DNA of 31,026 nucleotides from a virus (Duplodnaviria; Heunggongvirae; Uroviricota; Caudoviricetes): IMG/VR virus record IMGVR_UViG_2579778802_000007, positions 1 to 31,026 of that record; one strand, 5' to 3'. Shown piece by piece: positions 27,690 to 31,026 of this stretch (position 1 is its first letter; each line of letters starts with the position of its first letter). The notes under the pieces were generated by a model. It saw only the letters and a program-made list of their open reading frames with translations, ran no database searches and was not told where the DNA came from. The position numbers and the translations under genes were made by a program.

Positions 27690-29601
27690 TCACTCCTCCG
27701 GACAGCTTCGCTGCCAGTTCTTTAAGGGTTGGCCGGGTCGTATCTTCTTCCCGGGATTTTGCCAGTACAGCCAGATCAAGCTGCCAGCGTTGCACGGACA
27801 CACGTAATGCCGCGTAGGCATACACCAGGCAGTCCAGCGCTTCGTTACGCCGCTTTTTGTTATCCCACAGCAGACGCATCTTTCCTTTTTCCCACTTCTC
27901 CACAAGCTCTTCCGCCACCAGTTGCTGCGCCTCTGTCTGCGAAAAAATCTCCGGATCATCAGGAAAACGGATGGCATACGACGTGGCTTCATCCGCAGGC
28001 GTGGGATCGGCTTTCATACGGGCATAGAGAATTTCTTTTGCGGTGTCCGTCCCCACTTCGCACAGATACACGCCCCGCTGATTGCGGGTTTTTGGCATGG
28101 TGATCACCGGCTTGCCATAAACAGATGCACCTTTTACCGGCAGCACCCGGAAAACACCGTGTTTTTTTGACCTCTGATAGACAATTTCGCCATCGATCCC
28201 TCCGGTGTCCCAGCAGACACGGGAAATGGTCATTTCGGTTCCGTCTGCATGGCGGTATTTTTTGTTGATCGCCACATCCACACGTAACAGCGTCTCTTCC
28301 TCATCGGGACGCCCCATAATGATGATTTTATCCACCAGAAAGGCTTCCTCTCCCGGAGCCCATCCCCAGACATACATCTCAAAACGGTTTCGCTGCGAGT
28401 CAATGCCCGCCGTCAGATAAACCACCCGGGCAGGCACCGCAGCCGTGTAACGCACAACCTTATCCATCAGCACCTGGTGATCGAGTTTTTCGCCCACGGC
28501 CTCTTCCCAGGTCTCGCCCAGCGTGGTGTTCACAAAGGTTTTCAGGCCGTTGGGATCTTTCAGTGCATCCAGCCAGTCATAGACAATCTGTACCCAGGTG
28601 GTGAACGGACTGTACGCCGTCCAGATATGGAATGTGATGGAGCGCGGCGGCGGAATTTCATTACCCGCAGCGCTGAAAAACGTCAGGCCGTCACGGGTCC
28701 ACATGCCCGTGTTTTCACAGATCCACCGCCCGTTGCTCTGGTCAAGATCAGACTGATGGATCACGCAGCCATGATGTTCACAGAGGTAGAAAACACTTTC
28801 TGGACTGTCCTTCTCCCATTTAAGGCCAAAAGGCGTGGACTCATCGCCAAATTTCAGATACTGCGCCTCCCCACAGTGTGGGCAGGGCACATAAAAACGC
28901 ATGAAATGCGCCGACTCGTTGGCCGCTTTTTCGATCTGGCAGGAGCCTTTTATTTTAGGCGTCGAGCCGCGAATGGATTTTGGCCATACCGAGCCCTCAA
29001 TACGCTTATCCCCCAGCAGGGTTGGCGAGCCCTCTTTTTCGACATCCGGCTCGAACGAGGAAAGTTCGTCATAGCAGACCACGTCCACGGATTTTTCACG
29101 GTAGTTTTTTGCTGCCGCACCACCCAGGCACCAGAAGCCCACCCCCGATGAAAAGCGTTTCAGCGTGAGAGTATTGTCACGATGTTTACGACCCAGCCAG
29201 GGGGAAAGATCTTTCAGGCATGGCACGTCCCGAATCGTCGCCTCCACGTGAGACTTCATAAAATCTTCAGCGGCAGAATCCGTGGGCTGAAAAAGCAGAC
29301 TGTTTCGGGATTTATGCTCAATAAAATACCCGGCGACTCCCAGCAACATCTTTGTATAGCCAACACGGGCAGATTTAATCAGATTAACAGTGCGGATCTG
29401 ATCATTCCCCATACTGTTCATGATGGCGATCTGGAACGGCAGCGTTTTCCATTCTCCCTCACCATATGAAGATTCTTTAGGCAGATAATAATTTTGATCA
29501 GCCCATTCAACTGGCGTCACCGGCAATGCCCTTATCAGGGGCTGTAATGCTGTTGTGACAGCACTCATCATATTATTCAGTTGTTGCTCTGATATATTCA
29601 T
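27673..29601 (-). CDS. A: Terminase large subunit A
   Basis: Similarity to lambda gpA from 'MNISEQQLNN...PVEWADQNYYLPKESSYGEGEWKTLPFQ'. Start at ATG 29601; the listed ORF begins at an upstream TTG. Confidence 0.96.
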   Translation of the reverse strand: MNISEQQLNNMMSAVTTALQPLIRALPVTPVEWADQNYYLPKESSYGEGEWKTLPFQIAIMNSMGNDQIRTVNLIKSARVGYTKMLLGVAGYFIEHKSRNSLLFQPTDSAAEDFMKSHVEATIRDVPCLKDLSPWLGRKHRDNTLTLKRFSSGVGFWCLGGAAAKNYREKSVDVVCYDELSSFEPDVEKEGSPTLLGDKRIEGSVWPKSIRGSTPKIKGSCQIEKAANESAHFMRFYVPCPHCGEAQYLKFGDESTPFGLKWEKDSPESVFYLCEHHGCVIHQSDLDQSNGRWICENTGMWTRDGLTFFSAAGNEIPPPRSITFHIWTAYSPFTTWVQIVYDWLDALKDPNGLKTFVNTTLGETWEEAVGEKLDHQVLMDKVVRYTAAVPARVVYLTAGIDSQRNRFEMYVWGWAPGEEAFLVDKIIIMGRPDEEETLLRVDVAINKKYRHADGTEMTISRVCWDTGGIDGEIVYQRSKKHGVFRVLPVKGASVYGKPVITMPKTRNQRGVYLCEVGTDTAKEILYARMKADPTPADEATSYAIRFPDDPEIFSQTEAQQLVAEELVEKWEKGKMRLLWDNKKRRNEALDCLVYAYAALRVSVQRWQLDLAVLAKSREEDTTRPTLKELAAKLSGGVNGYSR

Positions 29602-30082
29602 CGAGTAAATCCGGTAATTTATCCCCCGCCCGCGCACACTGATTTGCCCCCTTCGCAATAAGGGTTTTCAGATGGTCAAGATGGCGCGGTGTTAAATCAG
29701 GAAACTGTCGCTGCATGGATAAAGGGATGGAATCAAGCGTACTGGATAACGCCATTGCCAGCTTGCTGAGGGCAAAAATACAGAACCCGGTGTCAATAAG
29801 TTTTCCTTTTGACACCTCATTTTTTAACTGCTGTGTAACAGCCTGTTCTGCTGTCAGTTCCCATCTGGCAATAAGCAATTTCTCCTCATAGTCGTCTTCG
29901 CTATCGCCATCAGGCACATCGTTTTTACTTCTTCTCAGATACGATATGTAAAAATCGCGCCAGGCATCCAGATCCAGTTGCCCTCGCTTATTCGATATCG
30001 GGGCACCCGGCAATTTCTGCAATCTGCGAAGCTGGCGATCGGTCAGACTTAAATGCCTGGCAACTTCAGTCTGCGTAGCCAC
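29573..30082 (-). CDS. nu1: Terminase small subunit Nu1 (C-terminal half lambda-like, N-terminal DNA-binding half divergent; apparent GTG start)
   Basis: C-terminus '...TGFCIFALSKLAMALSSTLDSIPLSMQRQFPDLTPRHLDHLK' resembles lambda Nu1; the N-terminus does not. Overlaps the A start; lies directly next to cosB. Confidence 0.88.
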   Translation of the reverse strand: MATQTEVARHLSLTDRQLRRLQKLPGAPISNKRGQLDLDAWRDFYISYLRRSKNDVPDGDSEDDYEEKLLIARWELTAEQAVTQQLKNEVSKGKLIDTGFCIFALSKLAMALSSTLDSIPLSMQRQFPDLTPRHLDHLKTLIAKGANQCARAGDKLPDLLDEYIRATTE

Positions 30083-30119
30083 TCCTCACCTCGCAAAAAC
30101 TCTCACCTCACAATCACAA

Positions 30120-30235
30120 CAAAACCGGTCATGTCCGGTTTTAGTGTCTATTTTTTGCGCATGTCCGGTTCATGGAAAGCATGTTTTTATATTTTTCATA
30201 TGGTTAACTTGCAGAGAAACCGGACATGGATCCCG
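30120..30235. promoter_or_regulatory. cosB-like terminase small-subunit binding region with three copies of CATGTCCGGTT (30130-30140 +, 30160-30170 +, 30218-30228 inverted)
   Basis: Repeats read from the sequence, located between cosN and the Nu1 start as lambda's R sites are, but different in sequence from the lambda R-site consensus. Confidence 0.55.
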
Positions 30236-30255
30236 GAAAATTTTCATAAATAGTG

Positions 30256-30285
30256 AAAATCCGCGAGGTCGCCGCCCCGTAACGG
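30256..30285 (-). other. cos: cosN: lambda-type cohesive end site; 12-nt cohesive end GGGCGGCGACCT (minus strand, plus coordinates ~30266-30277)
   Basis: Minus strand reads ACGGGGCGGCGACCTCGCGG...TTTCACTATTTATGAAAATTTTCCGGGA, matching the lambda left end (GGGCGGCGACCTCGCGGGTTTTCGCTATTTATGAAAATTTTCCGG). Confidence 0.85.
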
Positions 30286-30644
30286 CCCGGATCGCCGGAA
30301 AGGACCCGAGAAAATGATAATGATTATCAGTTGCAACAAAATCCAGTTTCTTCCACCATCGCACCGGACGAGCGACCATGAGGGGACAACGCCACGCTCC
30401 GTTAACGCGGTAAACCCCGGTGTGTATCGTTTTTGATTATCCCCGCACACTCGCGCAGAGGAGTCTCCCGGTAGGGCTGCGGTCTCTGTTCATGTGGGAA
30501 TACGGCGACGATACTGCGCAAAGACATGCTTCAGAAATACATAAGTAAACTAAAATATTGTATCTCTGTGGCTAATTACGTAAATTGGTGGCTTGGCCCC
30601 TTTAGCCACCGGCAAATCTTCAGCGGATTATCCTTGGCCGGTTT

Positions 30645-31026
30645 TTATCTGAGGCATTGCTCACGAATGTATAGCTGTGCCCCTTCCAGCTGCTTCTGCA
30701 TTGTCATCAACCGTTCTCTGAGGATGAAATAATCCCGTTCAGCGGCGTCTGCCAGTCTGGGGCCGGTTGCATTATCCACGCCGGAGGTGGTGGGGGCTTC
30801 ACGCACGGAGCCTGGACAGGTGGCGTTGATCCGCAGGCGCTTACGACCAGCGGCAACGTCAGCGCGAAGAGTTTCATTTTCAGCTCTCGCATCGGCTAAT
30901 TCCCTCGAGTATTTTGCATCGAGCGCAGCAACATCGCGCTGGCGCACCTGCATATCAGTAATGGTTGCGTTCGCCAGCTTCAGTTCACTGGCTTTGTTAT
31001 CGCGCTGCGCTTTGTAGGTAATCGCG
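30645..31026 (-). CDS. Rz: Spanin inner membrane subunit Rz (5'-truncated by window edge)
   Basis: '[40 protein letters not shown]...[22 protein letters not shown]' matches lambda Rz; the frame stays open to the window end. Confidence 0.9.
   Translation of the reverse strand, partial: AITYKAQRDNKASELKLANATITDMQVRQRDVAALDAKYSRELADARAENETLRADVAAGRKRLRINATCPGSVREAPTTSGVDNATGPRLADAAERDYFILRERLMTMQKQLEGAQLYIREQCLR
30707..30892 (-). CDS. Rz1: Spanin outer membrane lipoprotein subunit Rz1 (embedded in the +1 frame of Rz)
   Basis: '[22 protein letters not shown]...[27 protein letters not shown]' vs lambda Rz1 'MLKLKMMLCVMMLPLVVVGC...[27 protein letters not shown]'; lipobox Cys present. Confidence 0.88.
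   Translation of the reverse strand: MRELKMKLFALTLPLVVSACGSTPPVQAPCVKPPPPPAWIMQPAPDWQTPLNGIISSSENG

Noticed and set aside
30244-30450. 68-aa minus-strand ORF spanning cosN
   Set aside because: It covers the cos site, which is cut during packaging, and has low-complexity translation (LLQLIIIIIF); spurious.
1-31026. CRISPR arrays, tRNA genes, IS elements or transposases
   Set aside because: No regularly spaced short repeats with unique spacers, no cloverleaf-like sequences recognised by eye, and no transposase-like ORFs. The repeats present are tandem att-arm repeats, direct tfa-end repeats and intragenic coding repeats. tRNAs cannot be fully excluded without a dedicated search.

Overview
The window is a nearly complete lambda-like late region, almost all encoded on the minus strand, with five apparent insertions or modules outside the lambda backbone. 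Reading the minus strand from the right edge: Rz/Rz1 (partial) - cos (cosN + cosB) - Nu1 - A - W - B - C - D - E - FI - FII - Z - U - V - G/GT - H - M - L - [immI-like island: ClpP-like, mnt-like, arc-like, small Cys protein, antirepressor-like] - K - I - [sodC on the opposite strand] - J - lom - stf - tfa - [methyltransferase cassette bracketed by direct repeats of the tfa 3' end] - Rha-family regulator - attP-like region carrying an ompW 3'-end fragment - integrase (partial, left edge). All protein calls rest on my reading of the supplied translations against remembered lambda/P22 protein sequences; no database search was possible. Two backbone genes look damaged: lom has an in-frame amber codon, and the tape-measure gene H is split by a single-base frame change in a C7 homopolymer. 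The gene order (tail fibres - accessory region - att - int, plus an intact Rz-cos-Nu1 junction) is that of a phage genome with unrecombined attP, not of a prophage integrated through this att site. The most interesting candidates are the immI-like island with a translationally coupled mnt-like/ClpP-like pair, the methyltransferase cassette at the tail-fibre-distal accessory locus, the ompW-targeting att region, and a promoter-terminator pair between sodC and I that could encode a small RNA. Coordinates of non-CDS features were read off by hand and may be off by a few bases.
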